From an uncultured Thermoplasmatales archaeon (GTDB taxonomy: Archaea; Thermoplasmatota; E2; UBA202; DSCA01): DNA of 59,759 nt. The position numbers and the translations under genes are program-made. The DNA lies in NCBI GenBank assembly GCA_964514975.1, contig CAZESS010000014.1, positions 1-59,759 on the forward strand. The letters run 5' to 3'. The notes under the pieces are model-generated. The model saw only the letters and a list, made by a program, of their open reading frames with translations. It made no database searches and was not told the origin of the DNA. How positions within the stretch are numbered: the first letter of the stretch is position 1; every line of letters begins with the position of its first letter. Shown here piece after piece: positions 1 through 9,035 of the stretch.

Positions 1-35
1 TACAGCCTGCTCTTTTTGTTGGAGTCCTTTGCCAT
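1..35 (-). CDS. secY: Probable preprotein translocase SecY, N-terminal fragment (runs off window)
   Basis: ATG at 35 preceded by a GAGGTG RBS, reads MAKDSNKKSRL; the gene directly after rpl15 is normally secY. Only 11 codons are visible. Confidence 0.55.
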   Translation of the reverse strand, partial: MAKDSNKKSRL

Positions 36-49
36 GCGGTTTACACCTC

Positions 50-415
50 TTACTCTGTTGTCACAGTGCCGCCTGCCGCCTCGATTTTTTCGATGGCTCT
101 GTCCGTCGCCTCGGGAACGGTGACGGTAAACGCTGCCGCGACACGTCCGCCGCCCAGCAGCTTGTCATAGCCCTCGCCGGCGAGATCGATTTCCTCGGCA
201 TCGAACTGCCAGAGGTCGCCGACGTTGATGGTCGTCTTGTCCTGCTTCTGACCGTGATAGGTAAAGCCCTTCTTGGCACCCCATCGACCCTTGAGATGCT
301 TGTGCGTGGTGCCGCTCAGGCCGCTGCCCCCCTTCTCGCCCCGGCCGCGTCCCTTTTTCATGCTGCCACGGCCATGCGTGGTCGAGCCTCGATATTTCTT
401 AGTCTTGTTTTTCAT
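50..415 (-). CDS. rpl15: 50S ribosomal protein uL15
   Basis: RGSTTHGRG..KKGRG.GE.GG.G and KLLGGG...A.EKIEAAGG motifs; operon context. Confidence 0.95.
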   Translation of the reverse strand: MKNKTKKYRGSTTHGRGSMKKGRGRGEKGGSGLSGTTHKHLKGRWGAKKGFTYHGQKQDKTTINVGDLWQFDAEEIDLAGEGYDKLLGGGRVAAAFTVTVPEATDRAIEKIEAAGGTVTTE

Positions 416-822
416 ATCATCCGCTCCAGCAGCTGGTTGATGTCGGTTCCACGGTAGCCCAGCGCGCCGCCGAGTCGATATGAACGCTTCAGGCCCTCAT
501 AGCCCTTGACAGGAGGATGCAGTCTGAGCCTGACCGGTGCGAGCTCGCCGAGCTTCGCGTCGCCGGACATGAGCCGGGTGACGGCCTGCTGCAGCTCGTC
601 GCCCTCCAGGTCGGTTTTCGCCGCCAGGAGCTGCTCGAGTATGGGCTCGCTGATTTCACCCCAGGTTACATAGTCCTTGACCTGCTGCAGCATGCCCCGG
701 TAGCTGTCCGTCTCGTGGACGAGCGTGCAGTTGTTGATCGCCGGCAGGTTGAGCATATGCAGGGTGTCACGGACCTTCGGCTTGGCGTTGACCGTGCCCC
801 GGACGCGAACGACCGCGAACAT
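412..822 (-). CDS. rpl30: 50S ribosomal protein uL30 (archaeal long form)
   Basis: AVVRVRG...TL.ML.L, GMLQ.VKDYVTWGE, RLHPP..GY, GALGYRG..IN.LL.RMI. Confidence 0.96.
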   Translation of the reverse strand: MFAVVRVRGTVNAKPKVRDTLHMLNLPAINNCTLVHETDSYRGMLQQVKDYVTWGEISEPILEQLLAAKTDLEGDELQQAVTRLMSGDAKLGELAPVRLRLHPPVKGYEGLKRSYRLGGALGYRGTDINQLLERMI

Positions 823-1475
823 CAGTCCATCCCTCCGACCGGCCCGGATACGATGTTCAGCCGCTGCTTTGTCTCATCGGTCATCTTCATCTTGTTGACG
901 TTTTTCAATGCCTCGAACACAGCATGCGCATAATTGGTGATGGTGTTGGTCCTGCCCTTCGCGAAGCCCCAGGCATCCTGCACGCCCGCGAGCTCCAGCA
1001 GGACCTTGGCCGTATCGCCGACCGCGAGCCCGACGCCGCGCGGCGCCGGCTTCAAAACAACCTGGACGGAGCCGCATTTCGCCTCGACCTTGAGGGGCAG
1101 CGTATGCGGCGTGCCGCATTCACAGACCCAGGAGCCACAGCCCCGGCTGACCTCGATGAGATTGAGTTTGCCGACCTCCACCGCCTTCCGTATCGACATG
1201 CCGACCTCCTTTCCACGGGAGACACCCAGACCGACGAAGCCGTCCTTGTTGCCCACGGCAACGACCACCCGGAAGTTGACCCTGCGGCCGGAATCGGTCA
1301 TCCGCTGCACCATGTTGACATCCAGAACCTCATCCTCGACGTCGTGCAACAGCGTATCCACAATCTCGACCTCCTTGAGCGGCAGGCCGGAATGCAGCGC
1401 CTGGCTCATCGACGTGATCTCGCCCTGCTGCACCAGCTTGCCCAGCCTCGTCTTCGGAACCCATTCGTTACTCAT
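822..1475 (-). CDS. rps5: 30S ribosomal protein uS5
   Basis: WVPKTRLG, VQRMTDSGRR, RGCGSW.C.CG.PH, LKPAPRG.GL. Confidence 0.97.
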   Translation of the reverse strand: MSNEWVPKTRLGKLVQQGEITSMSQALHSGLPLKEVEIVDTLLHDVEDEVLDVNMVQRMTDSGRRVNFRVVVAVGNKDGFVGLGVSRGKEVGMSIRKAVEVGKLNLIEVSRGCGSWVCECGTPHTLPLKVEAKCGSVQVVLKPAPRGVGLAVGDTAKVLLELAGVQDAWGFAKGRTNTITNYAHAVFEALKNVNKMKMTDETKQRLNIVSGPVGGMD

Positions 1476-1974
1476 AGTCTGCCTCGATTTTTTCCGCGGT
1501 TGCCTTTACCTGGTCCGGCATCGAATCCGAAATGTGCTCCCCGTATATGCGCTTTTCGTCGGGCAGCACCTCCTCGCCATGTGGCACCTCGACCCCTGCG
1601 TCCAGGACGCCCCGCAGGACGCCGAACACGTTGGAGCCGGGGATGGCAGGATGATGCCCGATGTCCAGCACCCCGTCCGCCACCTCATTGGCCAGGGCGC
1701 GCTTGCCTGCCAGCAGTCCGGCGAGATAGCAGGCAGGCATGTTGCCCATCGAGCCCTCCCAGCCATAGTCCTGGAGATGTGTGCCGGTGGCCGCCGCCAC
1801 GACCTCGTCGCCATTCTCGTCGTAGGTGACAAACTGGACGCGAATGTTTTTGTTCGAGCAGCGCACCACGATGCGCGGCTTGCCGGACTTCAGCAGGCGG
1901 AGACGCTGCCGGTAGTCGGTCTTGCCCTCGCGCCGTCGTTTGAAGGGCATCCGGTATCGCTTGTTGGTTTTCAT
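1468..1974 (-). CDS. rpl18: 50S ribosomal protein uL18
   Basis: RRREGKTDY..RLRLL, N.PA.YL.G, LDIG, G..DAG..VPH. Confidence 0.97.
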   Translation of the reverse strand: MKTNKRYRMPFKRRREGKTDYRQRLRLLKSGKPRIVVRCSNKNIRVQFVTYDENGDEVVAAATGTHLQDYGWEGSMGNMPACYLAGLLAGKRALANEVADGVLDIGHHPAIPGSNVFGVLRGVLDAGVEVPHGEEVLPDEKRIYGEHISDSMPDQVKATAEKIEADYE

Positions 1975-2429
1975 TGGTCCTCCTCCGGGATGGCGCCCTC
2001 CATTTTAAGATGTGTCCTGAGATGACGCACGCTGTGAAACTCGCCGCCCTTCGCACGCTGATAATAGCGGCGGTACTGCGAGCGGGTGATGGCATCGCCG
2101 TCGCGGAGCTCCCTGAGATAGCGCCTGATGGGACGGATGGTCTGTATCCATCGCTGCTTGCGTGACTGCCGGGCCGTCGCGGCACCCTTGCGTGAGCCAT
2201 GGCCACGCTGCCGGCCTTTTTTTCGCTGCGCGTCTCGCTGGCGGGCTCTGCCGCGTGAAATACCCTGTTTTTTCTTTGCCTTGATGATGCCCTGCTTGAC
2301 GAGGTTCCTGACGTCGCGACGAGTCACCGCTTTTTCGACCTCCTCGATTTCCTCAGGGTCTATCCAGACGCGATGCACACCGCATTTCAAGACCTCTGCC
2401 GCAAGGCGTCGCTGATTCCGTAAATCCAT
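1971..2429 (-). CDS. rpl19e: 50S ribosomal protein eL19
   Basis: QRRLAA..LKCG..RVWIDP, GHGSRKG, W...IR..RR.L..LRD, Y..AKGG.F. Confidence 0.97.
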   Translation of the reverse strand: MDLRNQRRLAAEVLKCGVHRVWIDPEEIEEVEKAVTRRDVRNLVKQGIIKAKKKQGISRGRARQRDAQRKKGRQRGHGSRKGAATARQSRKQRWIQTIRPIRRYLRELRDGDAITRSQYRRYYQRAKGGEFHSVRHLRTHLKMEGAIPEEDQ

Positions 2430-2430
2430 G

Positions 2431-2865
2431 TTATGTCCCTCTGTTCAACACACGTATGTCCATTTCGTCCGCTTTCTCGATGATGCGCTTCCGCTTCCGG
2501 CCGCCGACGGTCCCGGCGATACGGATTGCCTCCGTCGCCCCGTCGACATTGTCGACCTCGCCGGGCGTATGCACGAGCACCTCCCTGAAGCCGGATGGAT
2601 GCAGCCCGCGAACCTTTTTCGGCGTGCCGTAGCCGATCTTGGCGGTCGGGCGCTTGCATCTCCGCCCCTTGCGCATCTTGGAATGGATACCGCGGGGCTT
2701 GCGCCAGTTGCTGTCGATGCGCTTGTAGAGCTCTGCCTGCTGCCTGACGAAATCCGGCGTGTCCCGTTCCTGCAGCATGCGCCTGGTTTCCTCGTCCAGC
2801 TCCGGTTTTTTCTTGGAGGTGTATTCGCCCTCTTCAACTATCTGTACTTCTTCGTCGTCAGCCAT
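2431..2865 (-). CDS. rpl32e: 50S ribosomal protein eL32
   Basis: F.RQ, WRKPRGIHSKMR, IGYG.P..VRGLHPSG, I.VLN. Confidence 0.96.
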   Translation of the reverse strand: MADDEEVQIVEEGEYTSKKKPELDEETRRMLQERDTPDFVRQQAELYKRIDSNWRKPRGIHSKMRKGRRCKRPTAKIGYGTPKKVRGLHPSGFREVLVHTPGEVDNVDGATEAIRIAGTVGGRKRKRIIEKADEMDIRVLNRGT

Positions 2866-2867
2866 GG

Positions 2868-3404
2868 TTATGCACCCTTCTCCGTGATGTAGATGCCGTC
2901 CTGGAAGACGCGGATGTCCCTGCGCCGCACCCGAACGGCTCGTTCGATGTTCGCGGCGGTCTGCCCGACGTTTTCCTTGTTGGGACCCTCGAGCGTGACG
3001 TCGTCTCCCTTGACGGTGACGGTAACGTCGCCCAGGATGTCGGCGCTCCGGGGATACTGCTCGCCCAGGAAGTTGTCGATGAGCACGTGGTCGTCCTTGA
3101 CGGACACCTTGACCGGGAAATGCGAGTAGACGACCTTCATCCGGTAGGTGAAGCCCTCGGTGACGCCCTGGATCATGTTTTTGATGTGCGAGGCATAGGT
3201 GCCGACGAGCGCTTTTTCCCGTGACCGGGGAAACTCGGCGGAGACGCTGATAACGTCGTCATCCGTAACGATTTTGACGGCGGGATGGTCGAACGTGCGC
3301 TCCAGGCTGCCCTTGTCGCCGGATACCCTGACAACAGGGCCGTCAACCTCGACCTGCACGCCCTCCGGGATGTCGATTTCTGTTTCAGCAAGCGGTATTT
3401 TCAT
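2868..3404 (-). CDS. rpl6: 50S ribosomal protein uL6
   Basis: IPEGV.V, HIKNMI.GVT.GF.Y.MK..YSHFP, NFLGE, D.RVFQDGIY. Confidence 0.97.
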   Translation of the reverse strand: MKIPLAETEIDIPEGVQVEVDGPVVRVSGDKGSLERTFDHPAVKIVTDDDVISVSAEFPRSREKALVGTYASHIKNMIQGVTEGFTYRMKVVYSHFPVKVSVKDDHVLIDNFLGEQYPRSADILGDVTVTVKGDDVTLEGPNKENVGQTAANIERAVRVRRRDIRVFQDGIYITEKGA

Positions 3405-3412
3405 GGTATCTC

Positions 3413-3802
3413 TCAGTATACGTAGGCCAGCAGCCGGCCGCCGATGCCCTCCTCTTTCGCCTCATAATGGGACAGGATGCCCTCCGTCGTCGAGACGAGG
3501 AGCATACCGAAGTCCTCTGCCGGCAGATATTGGTATTCCCATTTGTCGAACTCGTCATGTTTGAGTGAATAACGGGGCTTGATGACGTTGCAGTCATTAA
3601 TGGCCCCCTTGAGCGTGACGTTGAACGTACCGGCTTTGCCGTCGTCCATCCATTCGAAAGAATGGATGTAGCCGTGGTCCTGCATGACCTTGAGCGACCG
3701 GCCGATGAGCTTGCTGGCGGGCGCTACCATGCATTCAGGCTTGCCGGCATGTTCGGCATTCTTTATTGTAGACAGTGCATTGGACAGAGTGTCATTCAGC
3801 AT
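3413..3802 (-). CDS. rps8: 30S ribosomal protein uS8
   Basis: True start is the ATG at 3802 ([17 protein letters not shown]); IKPR, YLPA..FG...[12 protein letters not shown]. Confidence 0.96.
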   Translation of the reverse strand: MLNDTLSNALSTIKNAEHAGKPECMVAPASKLIGRSLKVMQDHGYIHSFEWMDDGKAGTFNVTLKGAINDCNVIKPRYSLKHDEFDKWEYQYLPAEDFGMLLVSTTEGILSHYEAKEEGIGGRLLAYVY

Positions 3803-3950
3803 TTTACCGTGTCCCCCACAATGGACGTTATTTCTTAAATGTTTCGGGCTGGAACAGGGGTAAATCGTCAGCCCGTAACACCACAGCCTATTAAAAATGT
3901 TTTGCCAACGCCGCATTCGAGCGGAGAGCGGCATGCAGGCAGCCAGTTTT

Positions 3951-4346
3951 TCAGGCAGTGGTTTCAGATATGGATATCCAAATCTCTCCGTCCCTGTGAA
4001 GCGTGCTCACGCTGATGGAGGTAACGGTGTAGCCGACGAGCACGTTCCGGGTTTTGGTGACAGCGCCGTCGACGGTGACATTGACCCGGTAGCTCCCCCG
4101 GTCTTCGATGACCGGGGACGGCGACCTGTAGCTTCCACCCGGCTGGAGCGTCACCGTCTCGTTGAACAGGCGTTCGTCGTCTTCGGTGAAAACCTGGATG
4201 CTGAACGTGTGCGGGGCTTCATGGTCCGCGTTGGCTACATACACATCCACCTTCAGCGTCAGCTCGAGTATCGCCAGATAGCCGAGCAGAACCGCCGCGA
4301 CGGCGGCTATGACGACGAGGGCTATCTTTGTTTTTCTTTTCCTGAT
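3951..4346 (-). CDS. Hypothetical membrane-anchored protein with a small beta-rich domain; probable non-canonical (ATC) start
   Basis: The frame of ORF 3951..4250 stays open upstream as [29 protein letters not shown] (basic stretch plus hydrophobic anchor), with no ATG/GTG/TTG before an in-frame TAG. Confidence 0.55.
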   Translation of the reverse strand: MRKRKTKIALVVIAAVAAVLLGYLAILELTLKVDVYVANADHEAPHTFSIQVFTEDDERLFNETVTLQPGGSYRSPSPVIEDRGSYRVNVTVDGAVTKTRNVLVGYTVTSISVSTLHRDGEIWISISETTA

Positions 4347-4392
4347 ACCGCCCCCGTTACTTATTTGGACGGCCTAAAAATTCTTTTGGGTA

Positions 4393-6261
4393 TCATCGGC
4401 GCCAGAATTCCTTGACCGCTTCCACCACATCATCGGCCTCCTCCATGTCCATGTAGCGGCGGAATCTTTTGGCGCGGCGGTCCAGGATGACGGCGATGCC
4501 CCGGTCGCTTTCCTCCCGGATGAGCCGACCGATCGCCTGGAGCATCTTCCGCGTGGTCGGTGCCTCCACCGCATATTTCCAGCCGTTGCCGAACTTGGCG
4601 TCGTAGTAGCTGCGCAGCGCCTGCTGATGCGCCGACGGCGGCGGATACGGGATGCCGACGATGATGACCATCTCGAGCTCCTCGCTCGGAAAGTCCATGC
4701 CCTCGGAGATCCGGCCGCCTATGACCGACAGGAAGACGCCGCCGTTGCGCCGGAAGCTGTCTATCTCGGCCATGAGATGGCGCTGGCTCATGCCCTGCTG
4801 CTCGACGTAGATGCGGCGCTGTATGGAGTTGCGGAGCCCCCGCCGGAGGAACCGGTTGAGCCTCGCATATGATGAAAAAAAGACGGCGGTGTTGCGGTCG
4901 ACGGTGTTGCAGATGCCGACGATCTTGTATTCGAGCTGGTTGCGCATGTCGTCGTTCATGCCCTGGTAGCGGGTGCTCACGTCGCTGGTGTACAGGATTT
5001 TCCGGTTTTCCTTTGGAAAGGGCGACGGGAAGCTCCGGAGCTCGGGGTTGCTCAGCGACAGCGAATCGCGGTATTCCTCGAGCGGCTGCAGCGTCCCCGA
5101 CATGTGAATGGAGGCATGGAACTCGCTGATTATCGATGCGGCTATCGACGCATCGAGGCAGTAAAACTCCATCCGGGGATTGTCGCCGCCGTTGACGACG
5201 AGCTTCGCCCAGCGCTGGTCGAGGGACAGCCACGAGCTCAGGAACCGGCCGACGCTTCGCACAAACGAGCGGGGGAGGATGTCCTGCTGTTCCTTTGCAT
5301 CCAGCACGACCTCGCCGTATTCCATGCATCGCTCCGCAAATGCCTCGATGTCGGGACGGCGCAGTCCTGCGGCGCGAACGGCCCGGGCGAGCTTGCCCGG
5401 GGGGATGAAGCCATCGCTGTCGCCCTTTTCGACGTATGCGTCACGCATCGTATGGATGATGTCGGAGAGCAGGTTGCAGAGGCTGACGATGTCCCGGTTG
5501 CCCTCCAGGTAGTCGCGGGTTTCCCGCACCGCGGCGTCGAGCACGTATTCGGAGAGCTGCGGCGACAGGACGTGGCGGCAGAAGTCGGGAAGGTTGTGCG
5601 CCTCGTCGACGATGAGGATGTCCCGCTCGTAGGACGAAAAGCCCCACTGTGTGGTGAGCTGCTCACGGAGAAACGGGTCGAACAGGTAGATGTAGGGGGC
5701 GATGACCACCCTGGCCTCCTGCACGAGCTCCTTGTTGACCTCGTAGGGGCAGAGGTCGTGGACCTTGCAGTATTCCTGCACCGACTCCGCCGAATGCACC
5801 TTTTGCACCGTTAAATCCTCGGGGAGCTCGTTGCGCTGATAAAAGTGAGCGAAAAACCGGCAGCCGTTGTCCAGCCGCTTGCCCTTCCGGATGGCTTTGA
5901 CCGTCCGTTTTTTCCGGGTGGCGCAGAGCCGCGAGATGGCGCCGGAATCGCCGCCCTGGAAGGCTTCGTTTTCCTCGGCGAGCAGGCACATGTTGGCCCG
6001 GCCCTGGAATCCGATGGCCGTCACATCGCCGATGGCCCGGAGCTCGTTGATGGCCTGCCGCTGCTGCGAGTTGGTGCGCGTGAGGTACAGGATGCGCCGA
6101 TTATCTTTTTTGGCGGCTTCGACGCAGGGAACCAGTGCGCAGATGGTTTTCCCAGAGCCGGTGGACGCCTGCATGACCAATTGTTGTTGTTCATCGATAC
6201 AGTGCTGGACGGCCTGCATCATCTCCCGCTGGTGGGGACGTGGCTCATAGGGAAACCGCAT
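4393..6261 (-). CDS. XPD/Rad3/DinG-family FeS-cluster SF2 DNA helicase
   Basis: Q motif PR..Q, ASTGSGKT, four FeS cysteines (GRANMC, RLC, GC.F, CPYE), DEAHN, SGT, SEG.DF, QA.GRLIR. Confidence 0.93.
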   Translation of the reverse strand: MRFPYEPRPHQREMMQAVQHCIDEQQQLVMQASTGSGKTICALVPCVEAAKKDNRRILYLTRTNSQQRQAINELRAIGDVTAIGFQGRANMCLLAEENEAFQGGDSGAISRLCATRKKRTVKAIRKGKRLDNGCRFFAHFYQRNELPEDLTVQKVHSAESVQEYCKVHDLCPYEVNKELVQEARVVIAPYIYLFDPFLREQLTTQWGFSSYERDILIVDEAHNLPDFCRHVLSPQLSEYVLDAAVRETRDYLEGNRDIVSLCNLLSDIIHTMRDAYVEKGDSDGFIPPGKLARAVRAAGLRRPDIEAFAERCMEYGEVVLDAKEQQDILPRSFVRSVGRFLSSWLSLDQRWAKLVVNGGDNPRMEFYCLDASIAASIISEFHASIHMSGTLQPLEEYRDSLSLSNPELRSFPSPFPKENRKILYTSDVSTRYQGMNDDMRNQLEYKIVGICNTVDRNTAVFFSSYARLNRFLRRGLRNSIQRRIYVEQQGMSQRHLMAEIDSFRRNGGVFLSVIGGRISEGMDFPSEELEMVIIVGIPYPPPSAHQQALRSYYDAKFGNGWKYAVEAPTTRKMLQAIGRLIREESDRGIAVILDRRAKRFRRYMDMEEADDVVEAVKEFWRR

Positions 6262-6374
6262 TCGCCCGTAAATACCGCGGGCTACATTAAACCATCGATA
6301 GCGGGCTCACAGAACGACCAAAAAATCGACCTCAAGCCGGTCTCCAGCCGCCCGGTGACAGCTCCTATGGCCAG

Positions 6375-8150
6375 CTACCATCGCCGCCTGACGACGACGA
6401 GAAGCACGATGCCGGCTATGACAACACCGATGGCCACCGCCGCCAGGTCGTTCCGTCGCTCCTCCTCGGACACCCCATCATGGCCTGTATCCCCGTAGAG
6501 CGCCCGCTGCGCCATGTCATATGCCCCCAGGTAGTCTCGCATCGCATTATCATAGCTCCCGACGTCGGCATGGCGCTGTCCCTCCATGTAGCGCTCCATC
6601 GCCCCGTCATCCCCCGTGACCGTTATGGCGACCCAGGCTCCGGCCCGGGCGATACTGGCCGCGACGTCGACCAGGATGCGGTCTATGTCACCGGACGTGT
6701 GCTGCAGGGCGCTGCGAAAATTGCGGATGGTTGTGGCGTAGCTTGTGTTCCATGCACCGGCGGCGATGGCGCGTTCCTCCGGCCCGGCGATGAGGTACAG
6801 GCTCTGCATGAGGTAGGCCTGCCGCTGCATTTCGACGTCGGAGGTGGTGAGCACCGAGGCAGCCGCGCGGCTGTCCATCGTCCGGGCGATCGCTTCGACC
6901 GCCTCGTTTTCCCGAAGGAAGACGCATTCGACCCGGTGGCAGGCATCGGTGACGCCGCCGTGGCCGTGGCGGTCGAGGAGCTGCGCGGCGAGCGAGGCAG
7001 CGCTGCCGCTTCGATAGGGCTCGTAGATGGCGGTGTCGGCGATGTGCACAGGGACATAGATGGCGCTGCACTGGTCGGGGGCGAACCAGCCCATGCTGAA
7101 GGTTTCGTAGCCCTGCCGGGGTATCCGGTAGACCATGGCTCCTTTTTCCTGGTTTTCGCACATGCCCCGCATGCCATGCAGGTCGCTGCTGTGGAGCCGC
7201 GACCATGCCATCATGTCATGGGGGGTGATGTGGCCGTAGCTGGCCTGCACCCGCCGCGATATTTCGTCCTCCCAGGCCGCATAGCGGTAGCGAACGGTCA
7301 GCCGGGCGCTGTTGCCGCCGCATTCGTGCACATCGACACGGAAAAAGCCGACGGTTGCTCCCTCGCCCTCAGGTATCTCTACCCGCTCTCCGAGGGGTAT
7401 CTGACGGAGCGTGGCGCTGTCGTCGCCAATGCTGAGCAGGCGGACGCCGAGCAGGGAGCCCAGCCGGACGGCGCTGCCCCGACGGATGTCGCCCTCGTAG
7501 CTGCTGTCAAACGTGGGGGCGACAAACAGGCGTTTGAGAGTCATGCTGTCCCAGAGCTGGCGGGGGTAGTTGCTGCGCACCGCGATGCCGTGGACCTCCT
7601 GCACCTCGTAGTGGTAGGCGGTTCCCTCGATGAGATATGCGCTGCTCGGTCCGACGACGAACAGGTTTTCGGGGACCCCGGGGGCATGCATGTCCTCGAC
7701 GGCTCTGACGAGCATGTCGACGGCCTGCTGCTCCGTTGCGGCGGTCTGGCATGCGTAGCGTATCCAGTCGAAGTCGTCCCACGCATGGGGGCTGGGGTTG
7801 CGCCAGTTGGATGGCAGATCCGCGTCTCCGTACGCGATGCCGGCATCGCTCATCGCCATGCCGGGCTTGACGATGTCGGGGGGCACGTCGCCCTCAGTGG
7901 CAACGCCGATGTATTTGTGGTCGGTGGTGAACGCCATGTCCCGGCCAAGCCAGGGGGTATGATAGGTGTACCGGTAGCTCTCGTTGACCATGCAGAGCAC
8001 CTGGAGTCCGGGCCGCGAGGGGTCGCGCACCTTGAGCAGCAGGTTGTATTCGCCCGCGGTGGCGTCACCGGCGGCGATGATGTCCTTGCAGGCCGTCACG
8101 CCGGGAGCCAGGAAAAGAAACACGGCGAGGAACGCCAGCACCCGTTTCAT
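6375..8150 (-). CDS. Exported, C-terminally anchored Ntn-hydrolase (peptidase C45/C69-like)
   Basis: Start ATG 8150; signal peptide MKRVLAF...GVTA followed directly by CKDIIA.GDAT...LLKVRD (N-terminal Cys nucleophile pattern); C-terminal TM helix plus RRRW. Confidence 0.65.
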   Translation of the reverse strand: MKRVLAFLAVFLFLAPGVTACKDIIAAGDATAGEYNLLLKVRDPSRPGLQVLCMVNESYRYTYHTPWLGRDMAFTTDHKYIGVATEGDVPPDIVKPGMAMSDAGIAYGDADLPSNWRNPSPHAWDDFDWIRYACQTAATEQQAVDMLVRAVEDMHAPGVPENLFVVGPSSAYLIEGTAYHYEVQEVHGIAVRSNYPRQLWDSMTLKRLFVAPTFDSSYEGDIRRGSAVRLGSLLGVRLLSIGDDSATLRQIPLGERVEIPEGEGATVGFFRVDVHECGGNSARLTVRYRYAAWEDEISRRVQASYGHITPHDMMAWSRLHSSDLHGMRGMCENQEKGAMVYRIPRQGYETFSMGWFAPDQCSAIYVPVHIADTAIYEPYRSGSAASLAAQLLDRHGHGGVTDACHRVECVFLRENEAVEAIARTMDSRAAASVLTTSDVEMQRQAYLMQSLYLIAGPEERAIAAGAWNTSYATTIRNFRSALQHTSGDIDRILVDVAASIARAGAWVAITVTGDDGAMERYMEGQRHADVGSYDNAMRDYLGAYDMAQRALYGDTGHDGVSEEERRNDLAAVAIGVVIAGIVLLVVVRRRW

Positions 8151-8225
8151 AACAGGATAATAATACATGGGCATAAAAAGGTTGACATGAGAAAGTTTTT
8201 TAGCGATGCATCTCCATGTAGACAT

Positions 8226-9035
8226 GTGACACTGCTCGTTCGCTACGGGGAAATCGGGCTCAAGGGCCGTCCGATACGGCGGCAGTTCGAAAACATCCTG
8301 CTGGGAAACATCCACCGGGCACTCTCCTGGGCCGGCATCGAGCACCGCACGGACAGGCAGCGCGGGCGCCTGTATGTCGACGCCGATGACGAGGATGCAG
8401 CCCTCGCTGTCCTGCAGGATGTGTTCGGCATCGTGTCCGTCTCGCCGGCCATCGAAACATCGGCCGATCTGCCGGCCATTGCGAGCACCGCCGCGAGCTT
8501 CGCATCCCACATTCCCGCTGGAGAGAGTTTCGCTGTCAGGGCGACGCGGACGGGCAGCCATGATTTTACCAGCCAGGATGTCGGCGTTGCGGCGGGACAG
8601 GCCGTTGTCGATGCAACAGGCGCCCCGGTTGACCTGAACATCCCGGACGGGGAAATCGGCGTAGAGGTGCGAGACGATTACGCCTTTGTTTTCGACGTGT
8701 CCGTCGACGGGCCGGGCGGCCTTCCCTATGGGTCGCAGGGCTCCGTTGTCGCCGTCGTCCATGACGAGGACGACCTGCAGGCGGCCTGGCTCATGATGCG
8801 GCGCGGCTGCACCACCACCTTTGTCTGCCGGCCCGGAATGGAACAGGCGATACATGAGCAGTTACGATGGCGACCGGCCGACGTCGTAACGGAGAACGAC
8901 GACCTGCTCAGCCGGGCGGAAACGCTGGCAGTGCAGCGAAATGCGCAGGGGCTGGTCACCGGCGGGGAGCACTACGAAAAACGCCGCCTTCCCGTGTTTT
9001 ATCCATTGCTCGGCTACCGGGAGGTGACACGATAG
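8226..9035 (+). CDS. thiI: ThiI-like THUMP-domain protein with degenerate PP-loop domain
   Basis: GTG start; LVRYGEIGLKG..R..FE..L..NI, VFGI.S.S, SFAVR..R.G.H.FTS, VDL..PD, GPGGLP.GSQG, AAWLMM.RG, F.PL.G; the SGGxDS motif is absent. Confidence 0.8.
   Translation: MTLLVRYGEIGLKGRPIRRQFENILLGNIHRALSWAGIEHRTDRQRGRLYVDADDEDAALAVLQDVFGIVSVSPAIETSADLPAIASTAASFASHIPAGESFAVRATRTGSHDFTSQDVGVAAGQAVVDATGAPVDLNIPDGEIGVEVRDDYAFVFDVSVDGPGGLPYGSQGSVVAVVHDEDDLQAAWLMMRRGCTTTFVCRPGMEQAIHEQLRWRPADVVTENDDLLSRAETLAVQRNAQGLVTGGEHYEKRRLPVFYPLLGYREVTR

Noticed and set aside
6480-8225. 5' part of the 851-aa plus-strand ORF, and the 5' extension of the 826-aa minus-strand ORF to 8855
   Set aside because: Antisense shadows in GC-rich DNA; the real genes are divergent, starting at 8150 (minus) and 8226 (plus)
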